The position numbers and the translations under genes are program-made. A stretch of DNA of 19,379 bases from Candidatus Micrarchaeota archaeon. Its GTDB lineage: Archaea; Micrarchaeota; Micrarchaeia; Anstonellales; Bilamarchaeaceae. Positions within the stretch are counted from its first letter, which is position 1. Every line of letters starts with the position of its first letter. Positions 1 to 8,524 of the stretch are shown here, piece by piece. The notes under the pieces were generated by a model. It was not told the DNA's origin. It saw only the letters and a program-made list of their open reading frames with translations, and searched no databases. The stretch covers positions 1 through 19,379 of the forward strand of contig JBGFRX010000040.1 of assembly GCA_041694885.1 (NCBI GenBank). The letters are read 5' to 3'.

Positions 1-221
1 AGAAATTCGTTGCATACTTCAATGGCAAAACGCCAAAAACTGCTGAAGGAATGGATAGCAGGGCAACCCTCCTTTATTATTTTACTGACCCGCAGAGACT
101 CAATCTTGCGCCAGATGCCCGGGAAGAATGGAAAAAGGCAGTGCGTGCACTTGCGGAAAAGGATGGGCAGGAAAAATTCAACGACTATGACAAGTTCATG
201 TCATCCAAACTTTCAGGGTAA
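1..221 (+). CDS. 3' end of a hypothetical protein (partial, begins before the window)
   Basis: Frame 3 is open from position 3 (KFVAYFNGKTPKTAEG...DYDKFMSSKLSG) to TAA 219-221, which overlaps the ATG at 221 of the next gene (TAATG). Not in the ORF track because it is truncated. Confidence 0.8.
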   Translation, partial: KFVAYFNGKTPKTAEGMDSRATLLYYFTDPQRLNLAPDAREEWKKAVRALAEKDGQEKFNDYDKFMSSKLSG

Positions 222-3200
222 TGATTATGGCGCAGAAAACCGATGCGAAAACCGCGCAGATGATAAAGGATGAGCTGTGGGAACTCGACAAGCTCTTCAC
301 CACTCAGCCAATAGTTGCGAAAATACTCCACAAAATAAATGCCATAATCGAAAGGTACGGAGACGAGCTTGATAGCGGAACAAAAAAGAAGCTCGAAGAT
401 TTTAAAGACAAAATATTCTCAGGGAAGATAAAGCGCGTGGACCAGGCACGCAGCCACGTAAGCAGCGCAATAAAGGAATTCGAGAGGCGCAACGCGGAGC
501 TTCTCAAAACCAAGCCAAAAAAAACAGATGCCAAAGCCAGCAAGGAGCTTGCGGCCGTGATTTACAGCATGTCCCTGAACGAAACCGAAAAAAGCGAGCT
601 GCGCTACATGTTCCAGGTTCTTGAAAAAAGCCTTTCTACGGCAAAGGACGCCAGGATCGGAAAAGCGGACACCAGCAAGTTGCGCAAATTGTTTGAACAA
701 GCCAAGAGCGAAGAGGATAAAATCGCAGCCCTCAAATTCCTTGGCTTCAACAGCTCGCTGGCAGGATACTATGCCGCAAAGATGGAGGAAGACAGGCCTT
801 TTGTGGAAATGCTAACTTCGATGGACAACCATATTGCAAGAAGGGACACCGCGCTTACAAAACTCGACTCGTTTTATTATGCTGGAGCAAAGGACAATAT
901 AGAAGCACGGTTGGAGAAACTAAACGCATATCTGCTCGAAGATGGAAAAAATGCCGTCGGGCCGAACAGGAAGATGCTGAATTTCCTTATTTCAAGGAAG
1001 TATGGTGATGTGAAGGACCTCGCGGGGCGGCTCGCGAAACAGGAAGGGAAGCAGCTTGACCTGAAAGGGAAGGACGAAACCGATATTTTCAGGGAGTTGG
1101 TGAACTTCGTCAAGGAGGACAAGGGATACAACGCCAACATTGCCGCGTATCTGAGGGACTATGGCACGAGCGCCCTGGACCGCCTCGACATCGTCGGAAA
1201 ATACGCTTTCCTGAAATACACCTACCCGAGGATGCGCGACAACCCGGATATGATGAAAAGTTTTGCGGATTACCTGAAGAAGGACTCGACGAGAATAGCG
1301 TCGCAGGCGCAGTATGCGCTCTTTGCGGAAGTCATTCCATACATGGTTGCAGGAGGAAACACCAAAAGCGACATGGAGAACGCGATTGCCAAGATAATAT
1401 CAGTAGTCGACTGGCGCGTGAAGAGGTCCGACTGGAATACTGAAAACAGGATATATTATTATTCATTGGACTTCATGAAGGCGATAGAGAAGACCAACAA
1501 CGATTTCCTCCAGAGGATGATAGGGCTGCTGCTCGAGAATCCGGACGTCACCAATCCTTCAAGAAGGCCCGATAAGGGCGACAGGATGATTGATGCAGCT
1601 GGATTTGAGCAGGAAACTCCTGTGGAAGTGATTGCGAATGCCATAGACCAGGCGCTTTCCGAAAGGGCGCCCGAGCTGCGCAACAAGTTGTATTCGCTTT
1701 TGAAGCCCGCGAACGTAAAAAATGCCAAAGCAACAATTGATGATTTCCGCGCAGCCCTTTCCCAGAACGACCTTAACATACTTCGGCTTCTCACCCCGCA
1801 CATAGACGTGAAGGTCAAGCTGGATGTTTCCCTTTTCACGAAATACCTATGGGAATACATGCCGCCTGTTGATCCTGTTCCGCACCAGTTCAACAGACAG
1901 TCGGTAAGCGGGGACGGCACGCTTTCTTATTCCCAGAGCAAGCGCGACGGCAGCCCGGACACTACCTCGGGTTCCGGAGATCTCCATTTCCAGTGGAATG
2001 CATTTGGTCAGGGCGAGATGGAGGTTTACACCGATATAGGATTGGTTACTGATTCTTCCGGCAATCAGCAGCTAAGTTTGACCCTTGGCAGCACAGGAGA
2101 ATCCCTGCTTGTAGCCAACCATTCGCTGGACTACGACATAAAAGGCATGGACTCAAAAGTCCAGAGGCAGGGAGACATCTACATGAACGCTTCCAAAGGA
2201 AAAGATGATTACATCGTGCATCTTTTCTACGACAAGAATGCAACTGACGAGAGCGAAAAATACAAGGCAATCGTGTTTGTAAAGGGAGGCAACACCTACA
2301 AGAAGGTCGCGGTGCACAATTACACCGAAGATGAGGCGGCGAACATATTCGCCGGCTACCTCAGTGAGAAAGTGGACCTCCGCACCCTTTTCAAGATACA
2401 TACAGAGGGCTGGAACTACGGCGGAACGGATCTGGAAGGCCTGATAATAGGCGGCCAAATAACTGACAAGACAGGGCTTGCGGGTCTTTACAGCAGGGAC
2501 AAACGCGAATTCTCCGCATTAATGGCCAATACCGGCGCATCCAGGCGCACTGGCTTCATGGCATTCACGAACGAGGAAGGCGCGCACCAGCTCGGAACGG
2601 TTTGGGAAACTCCAACCACTAACCTACTGGCTGCAGCAGGAAAAGAGAGCAGCGACACTGTTTATGCATTGCAACTTAAGACAATAACCAAGAGCGCGAA
2701 AATATCCGCAATGGTGAAGGAGCAGTTTGAAACCATAATGGCCGCAGGGGCAGAATGGGACAAGGCGGCATTCCTCATAGATTATCTGAAAAATACGCAA
2801 GGCGAAGAGAGTTTGGGCGCGACAACCGGTTTTCAGATCGGCAAATATTATATGAATGTGGCTGCCTGGACCGAAGGAACGGTTCCGCTCTATGCGGACA
2901 ACACCAGCGTGATACTGAGCAAGGCCATAGATCAGAAAAAAGAAGTAGAGACAGCGATGAAGAACTACAATACTTCAGCGTTTACGGAAAAAATGGATAA
3001 CCTCGGCAGTGCCATTGACCCCCTCAAAACAGCAGTTGGGCAGAAGCTCAGCAGCGCTCTTAGGGTGGAGAAGAAAGAAGGCGAAAGATACGCGTTTGAA
3101 TATGTTGCCGGCGACTCGCACGTTGCTGCCTTCAACTGGAACAGGAACAACGTTACCCAGCGCATCATGCTCACCGCAGGCACTGCCGACAGCGCGGAAT

Positions 3201-3781
3201 ACCTGCGGCTGGTGAGGGAAACCGAAAACAAGGCAGCGGTTCTCATCGGCGCAGGCATCATAAAAACATCCACTGCTGTCGCGCTTCTCGGCAGGTACGG
3301 AACAGGCAAGGGAATAAATAAGCCAAAAGGCAGCGGCTGCATGGTCGAACTCACCACAGGCGAGGCGGACAAGAATGCGCTCGCAGAACTCGCCATGGGC
3401 AAATTCTGGTGGAACGACTACCTGGAAAGGGAAAAGTACAGCAGGGCATTGATTGCAAGAGGGGGCGTTTCGCCTGAGAACCTGAAACACTTTTCAGTGG
3501 GCTATGGAACCTCTGCAGAAACTCTCGAAGCAGGAGGCGAAAGAACCGTAAAAAACCTGAGCATAATCGCAGGAGGCGCATTCACCGAGGACGATCTGGA
3601 CAGAACGGTACACGCATGGTTTGGCAAAGCAGAGTATAAAATCGAAACAGTAAATAAAGAAACCACCACTGATTTTTCCATAACCGGCAAAATCGTTAAG
3701 ATAGAATTTGCAGACGGAAGCGAGCTCACACTCACACTTTCCGCATCAGGCAAGAAGGAATTTCCGTACGTGAGTAAATGA
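221..3781 (+). CDS. Large hypothetical protein (1186 aa; alternative start at ATG 227) with a charged alpha-helical N-half and a beta-strand-rich C-half
   Basis: 3.5-kb uninterrupted ORF whose start and stop overlap both neighbours. I recognised no catalytic motif, signal peptide or hydrophobic TM helix. Confidence 0.9.
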   Translation: MIMAQKTDAKTAQMIKDELWELDKLFTTQPIVAKILHKINAIIERYGDELDSGTKKKLEDFKDKIFSGKIKRVDQARSHVSSAIKEFERRNAELLKTKPKKTDAKASKELAAVIYSMSLNETEKSELRYMFQVLEKSLSTAKDARIGKADTSKLRKLFEQAKSEEDKIAALKFLGFNSSLAGYYAAKMEEDRPFVEMLTSMDNHIARRDTALTKLDSFYYAGAKDNIEARLEKLNAYLLEDGKNAVGPNRKMLNFLISRKYGDVKDLAGRLAKQEGKQLDLKGKDETDIFRELVNFVKEDKGYNANIAAYLRDYGTSALDRLDIVGKYAFLKYTYPRMRDNPDMMKSFADYLKKDSTRIASQAQYALFAEVIPYMVAGGNTKSDMENAIAKIISVVDWRVKRSDWNTENRIYYYSLDFMKAIEKTNNDFLQRMIGLLLENPDVTNPSRRPDKGDRMIDAAGFEQETPVEVIANAIDQALSERAPELRNKLYSLLKPANVKNAKATIDDFRAALSQNDLNILRLLTPHIDVKVKLDVSLFTKYLWEYMPPVDPVPHQFNRQSVSGDGTLSYSQSKRDGSPDTTSGSGDLHFQWNAFGQGEMEVYTDIGLVTDSSGNQQLSLTLGSTGESLLVANHSLDYDIKGMDSKVQRQGDIYMNASKGKDDYIVHLFYDKNATDESEKYKAIVFVKGGNTYKKVAVHNYTEDEAANIFAGYLSEKVDLRTLFKIHTEGWNYGGTDLEGLIIGGQITDKTGLAGLYSRDKREFSALMANTGASRRTGFMAFTNEEGAHQLGTVWETPTTNLLAAAGKESSDTVYALQLKTITKSAKISAMVKEQFETIMAAGAEWDKAAFLIDYLKNTQGEESLGATTGFQIGKYYMNVAAWTEGTVPLYADNTSVILSKAIDQKKEVETAMKNYNTSAFTEKMDNLGSAIDPLKTAVGQKLSSALRVEKKEGERYAFEYVAGDSHVAAFNWNRNNVTQRIMLTAGTADSAEYLRLVRETENKAAVLIGAGIIKTSTAVALLGRYGTGKGINKPKGSGCMVELTTGEADKNALAELAMGKFWWNDYLEREKYSRALIARGGVSPENLKHFSVGYGTSAETLEAGGERTVKNLSIIAGGAFTEDDLDRTVHAWFGKAEYKIETVNKETTTDFSITGKIVKIEFADGSELTLTLSASGKKEFPYVSK

Positions 3782-5736
3782 TTTACGAGGTCAGATTAAC
3801 CTCTGAACTCCAGCAAAGCAAGGAAGCAAAGGAGTCGCAAGCCCTTCTGCGTGTCCTTGAAGGGCTTGAAAAGAGCAAGGGCCTGCGTTTGCTGGAAAAG
3901 CAGAACGGTGAAACGTACGTGCTGCTGAGAGGGATGAACAAGGAGTATCGCAAGGACTATCTTGAGCGCTTCCCAAAAGAAGCGCAGAAGGCGCAGCGCG
4001 TAAAATACGACGACTTTTTCAAGAGATATCTTATCCATAAAAAGGACTACGGAGGAAAACCATCGGATTTTGCGCACATTCTTTTCGTGCCGCAGGATGC
4101 CAGGGAACGCTATCTAGACGTGCAGGGCAAGGTTACAGTTCCAATACGGCTTGACAGCTCTGCTTCCATATCCTCTGATCCCATATCAGTAAAAACGGAC
4201 ACTATAGAAACAGGAGGCAAGGCCTCGATGGAATTCACCGTAGGGCGAGGAGTGAGGGAAACAGGCGCCCGGCTCAGCAGGGGATACGTAGGTATAGATG
4301 TGAGCACTGAGATCAAGCCAGTGGTGGGAGTGGAAGCAAGGGAAAAAGGCCTGTTTATGCAGACAGTCGAGGGCTTCAAAAAATTGGCCGCAGGATTTAT
4401 TGAAGGAGTGTTTTCCTTTACCGCAACTTTTGGCAAAGCAGTAAAATACTTTTTTTCAATAACCCTTGGCCCGTGGATAGGCAGATTCGATTTTGCAACA
4501 GGGAGGATTTCAGGCGTCTTTTCCTGGCTTGCAGCAGCATTCGAGATGGGTCAACGGCTTATCGGTCGCCTGTTCGAGGACAAGCTGGTGCTTGAAACCC
4601 GCGCAAAACCCGATGATATAAAGAAGGGAAGCGTGCTGCGGGGGGTTCTGGACGGAGGGCTGGCACCGCAAATTAAGGTGCGCGAAAGGCAGGGAGACAA
4701 GATTATCGATGTGAATGGAAAGGAGTACAAGATTGCGGAGGAAAACGGTGTCCTGAACGTATATGAAAGCAGGAGCTTCTTCAAGCGGCTCGGAATCGCA
4801 TTCAGCCCACTACAGCTCTTAAGCAACGCAATCGATATTCTTCTTGTCAGCCCATGGTTCAAGATGAAAGAAACGTACTATACATTCAAGGCGCCTCCTG
4901 AAGGGAAGCTCGGAAGCGAAGGAGAAAAAGACGCCTGCAAGACCACGATACAGGAAGCCATCAGGAGGGGAAACCTGAATACTGCGCGCCACAATCTTTA
5001 TCTGCTCGTGAATTCCTCAGAAGGCGGGGAAAAAGCGTTGTATATGAATGAGCTTGACATGGTGGAATGGAAGCTCGGCAATTCCGGGCTGCCGTTTGGT
5101 TACATTTCCAGGGAGGGCTTCGGCATCAAGAGAAAGATGGCCACAGCGGCAATAAGCAGAAGAATAAACCACGCTCTGCAGCTATTGGAGAAGAAGCGGA
5201 AGGAAACGCCCGGTGCCAAACAAGTGGCGGATAAGGACTATGCGGTTGCGCTTGCCTATCTCAAGAACAAATCACAGTTCAGGGCCGCGGGGCTGGGCAA
5301 GCGCGTTCCAAAATATCCGCTTCCCGATGGCTTGAAGAACAGGGTTTTGGACGAGATGGAGAAACAGAGAAACCAGCCCGCGAAATCCGCAGGCAATTTT
5401 GAACAATTGACGATTCCACGGAAAGACGAAAAGACGGAAGCAGCGAAGAACTGGAAAAAATTCATGCAACTGTTTCAGACCATGAGGGAAAAAACGGACA
5501 AGAAAGAAGTTCAGGATGAACTTGATAAGCTGTTCAGGGTTCTTCGCAGAGATATGCAACCCGGTGCCCGTGCAGGATTAGTAATGGTTTCTTATATGAA
5601 TGACTGGCTGGCCAAGCTGAAGAACAACAAAGCAGGCCTTCCATCAGTTCTTCCGGAAAAACCTGAAGTACTGGATATGAAAACTCTGGAAAAATATTAC
5701 GGTGTATTTTTCCCGCCTGAAAAAAAGGCCAGCTGA
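3778..5736 (+). CDS. Hypothetical protein (652 aa), Lys/Arg-rich, with a central amphipathic, aromatic-rich helical segment
   Basis: Long ORF with an ATGA overlap with the upstream stop. Segment GLFMQTVEGFKKLAAGFIEGVFSFTATFGKAVKYFFSITLGPW...GVFSWLAAAFEMG. Confidence 0.88.
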   Translation: MIYEVRLTSELQQSKEAKESQALLRVLEGLEKSKGLRLLEKQNGETYVLLRGMNKEYRKDYLERFPKEAQKAQRVKYDDFFKRYLIHKKDYGGKPSDFAHILFVPQDARERYLDVQGKVTVPIRLDSSASISSDPISVKTDTIETGGKASMEFTVGRGVRETGARLSRGYVGIDVSTEIKPVVGVEAREKGLFMQTVEGFKKLAAGFIEGVFSFTATFGKAVKYFFSITLGPWIGRFDFATGRISGVFSWLAAAFEMGQRLIGRLFEDKLVLETRAKPDDIKKGSVLRGVLDGGLAPQIKVRERQGDKIIDVNGKEYKIAEENGVLNVYESRSFFKRLGIAFSPLQLLSNAIDILLVSPWFKMKETYYTFKAPPEGKLGSEGEKDACKTTIQEAIRRGNLNTARHNLYLLVNSSEGGEKALYMNELDMVEWKLGNSGLPFGYISREGFGIKRKMATAAISRRINHALQLLEKKRKETPGAKQVADKDYAVALAYLKNKSQFRAAGLGKRVPKYPLPDGLKNRVLDEMEKQRNQPAKSAGNFEQLTIPRKDEKTEAAKNWKKFMQLFQTMREKTDKKEVQDELDKLFRVLRRDMQPGARAGLVMVSYMNDWLAKLKNNKAGLPSVLPEKPEVLDMKTLEKYYGVFFPPEKKAS

Positions 5737-5741
5737 AACCT

Positions 5742-6449
5742 TTACCCCCACGCCTCAGCTCTGATCCTTTTCTCGTCAGCACCCAATCTCAGCACCGCTT
5801 TTCGCATGGAATTCGCGAATTCCATGGGCCCACAGATGAATACCGTTGCATTAGGTACATAATTTGCGTGCTTTTTTATCATTTCTTCGTTCAGCCGCCC
5901 GAGTTCGCCCTTCCAATCAGAGAACCGCTCCTGGGTAAGAGTGTAAACGATCTTTATGCCCTGGTTTTCGGCCCGGAATTTTTCCAGCAAATCCATGCAA
6001 ATGATCCCTTCCCGCCTTTTGTTGCTGTAGAACAGCGTAAATTTCCCCTTTTTCTTTTTCTGCGCGACGTATTCAAGCAAACCGAGCATTGGCGCAACTC
6101 CGGTTCCTGCAGCGAGGCAGATTATTTTTTCCTCGCTTTCGTACGCGAAATGGCCGAACGGAGCCGCAACTCCCAATTTTTCCCCTTCCTTCATTCTGTC
6201 CAGGACAGAGGTGAACTGTCCTCCGGTGATTTTTATCACGAAGCGCAGGTTGGGGTTGTCCGGGGAAGATGCAATGGAATAGGGGCGCGAGAGTGCCCCG
6301 AATTTTCCGCTATTGTCGAGCTGGAAAATCATCGCGAACTGTCCGGGCTTAAAAGAAATATTTTTCCCATCTTCTGGGGAAAGGGAGAAGACCTTCACCT
6401 GGCCGCTTTCCTCCCAGATTTTTTTTATCGTGAAAATTTTCCTCTCCAT
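5742..6449 (-). CDS. FAD/NAD(P)-binding oxidoreductase, ferredoxin-NADP reductase (FNR)-like family, 235 aa
   Basis: Motifs FKPGQF, RPYSIAS (FAD-binding RxYS), GGQFT, PFGHF, LAAGTGVAP (NAD(P)-binding), FICGP and C-terminal EAWG. Start set at ATG 6449 (MERKIF...), 24 nt from the TATA box. The 171-codon upstream extension in the ORF track overlaps the opposite-strand gene. Confidence 0.93.
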   Translation of the reverse strand: MERKIFTIKKIWEESGQVKVFSLSPEDGKNISFKPGQFAMIFQLDNSGKFGALSRPYSIASSPDNPNLRFVIKITGGQFTSVLDRMKEGEKLGVAAPFGHFAYESEEKIICLAAGTGVAPMLGLLEYVAQKKKKGKFTLFYSNKRREGIICMDLLEKFRAENQGIKIVYTLTQERFSDWKGELGRLNEEMIKKHANYVPNATVFICGPMEFANSMRKAVLRLGADEKRIRAEAWG

Positions 6450-6473
6450 GGACAATGTCTTAGGGCAAAAATG

Positions 6474-6481
6474 TTTATAAA
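6474..6481. promoter_or_regulatory. Palindromic archaeal TATA box (TTTATAAA), likely serving two divergent leaderless genes
   Basis: Lies 24 nt from the minus-strand ATG at 6449 and 22 nt from the plus-strand ATG at 6504, with A-rich BRE-like sequence upstream on the + strand. Confidence 0.7.
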
Positions 6482-6503
6482 CTGTGAATTGGAAAAACTG
6501 CTC

Positions 6504-7067
6504 ATGCGCGCGACGAAAGAAATAAACGCGTTGCTCGAATCCGCTATCCCCAGAAACAGCGCTGATTTTGAGGCAGCTGAAAGCGCGCTTGCACGCATAG
6601 GCGAAAGAACGAATGCAAAGCCGGAATTCATCCTCCAGACGCTCCGGGAAAGCAGCGCAGCAGATGCGAGCTACGAAATTACCGAGCGCCTTGTGGGAGT
6701 GCGGCGCCGGCTTAAGGAAAATGAAAAGGAAATAGGCGAATGCGAGAAAAAGTTCGTCGAAGTGCAGCAGAACTCTGAGCGGATGGCGAATGCGCAGGGA
6801 AGGGAAGAGGCGGCGCTCGCTGCGAAAATAGCAGAGGGCATGCACAGGCGCCTTATTTCCATGTATTATGCGTGGAAGGTGAGCGGACTCCAGGAAAGAA
6901 TAACCGGGCTTGGGGAGGAAAACAGGCAGCTTACGAGCGAGGAGGCGCGGCTCGTCTTGCAATTGGATATAATGCGCGAATTCGGGAATATGCTCAGAGA
7001 TTCAGCGCTCGGCGCGGAAAAGAATAGGAAAGGAGCGGCCCTGATCGCGAAATCCCTCAAACAATGA
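6504..7067 (+). CDS. Hypothetical alpha-helical coiled-coil protein (187 aa)
   Basis: 3' part of ORF 5868..7067, with the start placed at ATG 6504 downstream of the TATA box. Heptad-like stretches LVGVRRRLKENEKEIGECEKKF and LQERITGLGEENRQLTSEEARL. Confidence 0.75.
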   Translation: MRATKEINALLESAIPRNSADFEAAESALARIGERTNAKPEFILQTLRESSAADASYEITERLVGVRRRLKENEKEIGECEKKFVEVQQNSERMANAQGREEAALAAKIAEGMHRRLISMYYAWKVSGLQERITGLGEENRQLTSEEARLVLQLDIMREFGNMLRDSALGAEKNRKGAALIAKSLKQ

Positions 7068-7068
7068 A

Positions 7069-7104
7069 TTTATAATAATTACGGAAGTTAGTTGGGCGTG
7101 GTGA
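7069..7104 (+). promoter_or_regulatory. TATA box (TTTATAAT 7069-7076) and RBS (GGTGA 7100-7104)
   Basis: Canonical archaeal elements at suitable spacing ahead of ATG 7109. Confidence 0.6.
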
Positions 7105-7108
7105 TCGC

Positions 7109-7561
7109 ATGGATATCGGAAAGATGGTGAATCTGGCTTTGATACCCACAGGTGCGCTCGTTGCGCTTGGAATAGTGCAGAGCGTAATCGGGCTCATTCC
7201 AGGAGTGGGGCCTTATGTGGGATGCATAACCGGACCGATCGGTCTTGTCATAACCATGATAGTACTTGGATGGACCGGCTACAATGCTGTGAAGGCAGGC
7301 GGCCTTGGCGTTGCAGAAGCTGCAGGCACAGGCGCGATTGCAGGTGCGCTTTCATCGCTCATCAACGGCATAATCGGGCTCGTGCTGCTCACCCTTGGCT
7401 TCGCTGGCGCTGCTTTGGGAGGCGACGGAGCAAATGCCGCGTTTGGAACAGAAGTCGGGGTTGCAATAGGCCTCTTCGTTTTGGTATCCGCAACCGCGCT
7501 GGGCCTGGTGATGGGTGCGGTTCTCGGAGCAATCGGCGGCTTCATCGCAAACAGAAAATGA
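7109..7561 (+). CDS. Small Gly/Ala-rich integral membrane protein (150 aa, about 4 TM helices; DUF5518-like)
   Basis: Four hydrophobic segments with GxxxG repeats (AGTGAIAGALSSLING, GLVMGAVLGAIGGFIA). Has a GGTGA RBS and a downstream T-tract. The family name is by resemblance only. Confidence 0.85.
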   Translation: MDIGKMVNLALIPTGALVALGIVQSVIGLIPGVGPYVGCITGPIGLVITMIVLGWTGYNAVKAGGLGVAEAAGTGAIAGALSSLINGIIGLVLLTLGFAGAALGGDGANAAFGTEVGVAIGLFVLVSATALGLVMGAVLGAIGGFIANRK

Positions 7562-7586
7562 TTTTCCTTTTTTTCTTTTTCTCTTC
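7562..7586 (+). terminator. Oligo-T/pyrimidine archaeal terminator between convergent genes
   Basis: A run of T-tracts broken by C residues follows directly after the stop at 7561. Confidence 0.6.
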
Positions 7587-7589
7587 ATC

Positions 7590-7934
7590 CTACTCCTTTT
7601 CCTTAATAAAATCGAATCCCTTCTCTCTTAGCGTCTTTATAGTCCCGCTCGAGGCAAGCGCTATTGTCCTTGCTTTTTTTCCGTTTAGGTTTTCTATGAG
7701 CGCGAGCGCGCCCAGCAAGCCGTAAAGGGAGCTGCGTTCGCATCTTATAAGCCCCGTTCCTTCCTTTTCTTCGTACTGGAGAAGTTTGCAAGCCAGCTTG
7801 GAATAGCCGTATTCTCCAAAGAATTTCAGCAAAAAGGAATAGAGCCCGGATTTCACGTCCTCCCTGGAAATTATGGAATCGCTTTTCGTCCGGAAGATGA
7901 TGTAACGCTTCTTGAGTTTGAGTGCGGAATACAT
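7590..7934 (-). CDS. rnp2: Ribonuclease P protein component 2 (Rpp14/Pop5 family)
   Basis: N-terminal KKRYIIF, central FFGEYG, GLIRC and C-terminal SGTIKTL match archaeal Pop5 signatures; 114 aa. Confidence 0.9.
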   Translation of the reverse strand: MYSALKLKKRYIIFRTKSDSIISREDVKSGLYSFLLKFFGEYGYSKLACKLLQYEEKEGTGLIRCERSSLYGLLGALALIENLNGKKARTIALASSGTIKTLREKGFDFIKEKE

Positions 7935-7935
7935 G

Positions 7936-7975
7936 AGCGTATTTTAAAGATACGCTTTTATAATGGAACGGGTGA
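7936..7975. promoter_or_regulatory. Overlapping divergent promoters of pop5 and purE
   Basis: TTTTAAAG 7942-7949 (+) and TTATAAAA on the minus strand at 7956-7963. RBS GGTGA 7971-7975. Inverted repeat AGCGTAT-N7-ATACGCT at 7936-7956. Confidence 0.55.
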
Positions 7976-7979
7976 GCCG

Positions 7980-8417
7980 ATGGAAAAAATACTCATAACA
8001 ATCGGAAGCGAGAGCGACAGGAAAATAGCGGAAAAGGCAGAGGAAACGCTGAAGGAATTCGGAGTGGAATTCAAAACCGAAGTTGCATCCGCACACAGGA
8101 GCCCTGAAAAAGTCGAGAAAATTCTGCGCGAAACTTCAGCCGAAGTTATCATTGCGATTGCGGGGCTGAGCGCGCACCTTCCAGGGGTTTGCGCCTCCAA
8201 AACAACGAAGCCGGTTATAGGAGTTCCTGTGAACGTTAAATTGGATGGGCTGGATGCGCTCCTTTCGATAATGAACATGCCGCCAGGAATCCCCGTCGCG
8301 ACAGTGGGAATTGACAACGGGAAGAATGCCGCGCTACTCGCAGTGCAGATTCTATCTATTTCCGATGCAAACTTGCGGAGAAAATTAGAGGAATACCGGG
8401 ACAAAATGAAGAAATAG
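7980..8417 (+). CDS. purE: N5-CAIR mutase / AIR carboxylase PurE
   Basis: [43 protein letters not shown] and NAALLA are PurE signatures; GGTGA RBS. Confidence 0.96.
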   Translation: MEKILITIGSESDRKIAEKAEETLKEFGVEFKTEVASAHRSPEKVEKILRETSAEVIIAIAGLSAHLPGVCASKTTKPVIGVPVNVKLDGLDALLSIMNMPPGIPVATVGIDNGKNAALLAVQILSISDANLRRKLEEYRDKMKK

Positions 8418-8455
8418 AAAGAGTTAAATCTCCGGCTTCTGAATGATAGACCTTC

Positions 8456-8524
8456 ATGTTCGCAGTCGAGCTTTCCAACATTGTCTTCTCAATAGAACTT
8501 CGCGACGAAACGACCTGCAAATAA
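8456..8524 (+). CDS. Possible 22-aa small protein MFAVELSNIVFSIELRDETTCK
   Basis: ATG lies about 25 nt after the TATA-like GTTAAATC (8423-8430), and the ORF ends just before the GTGA RBS of trmI. Tentative. Confidence 0.3.
   Translation: MFAVELSNIVFSIELRDETTCK

Noticed and set aside
10..273. 87-aa ORF from the track
   Set aside because: Shadow frame. The frame-3 partial ORF ending at 221 has more protein-like composition and couples to the next gene.
5868..6962. Long mutually overlapping ORFs 5868..7067 (+) and 5742..6962 (-) as true overlapping genes
   Set aside because: Each extension is the antisense reading of the other gene. FNR similarity begins at ATG 6449, and a TATA box sits between the two shorter starts.
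8405..8470. C/D box sRNA (ATGAAGA ... CTGA ATGATAG ... TCGA)
   Set aside because: The boxes are degenerate, the first guide would be about 26 nt instead of about 12, and the C box lies inside purE.
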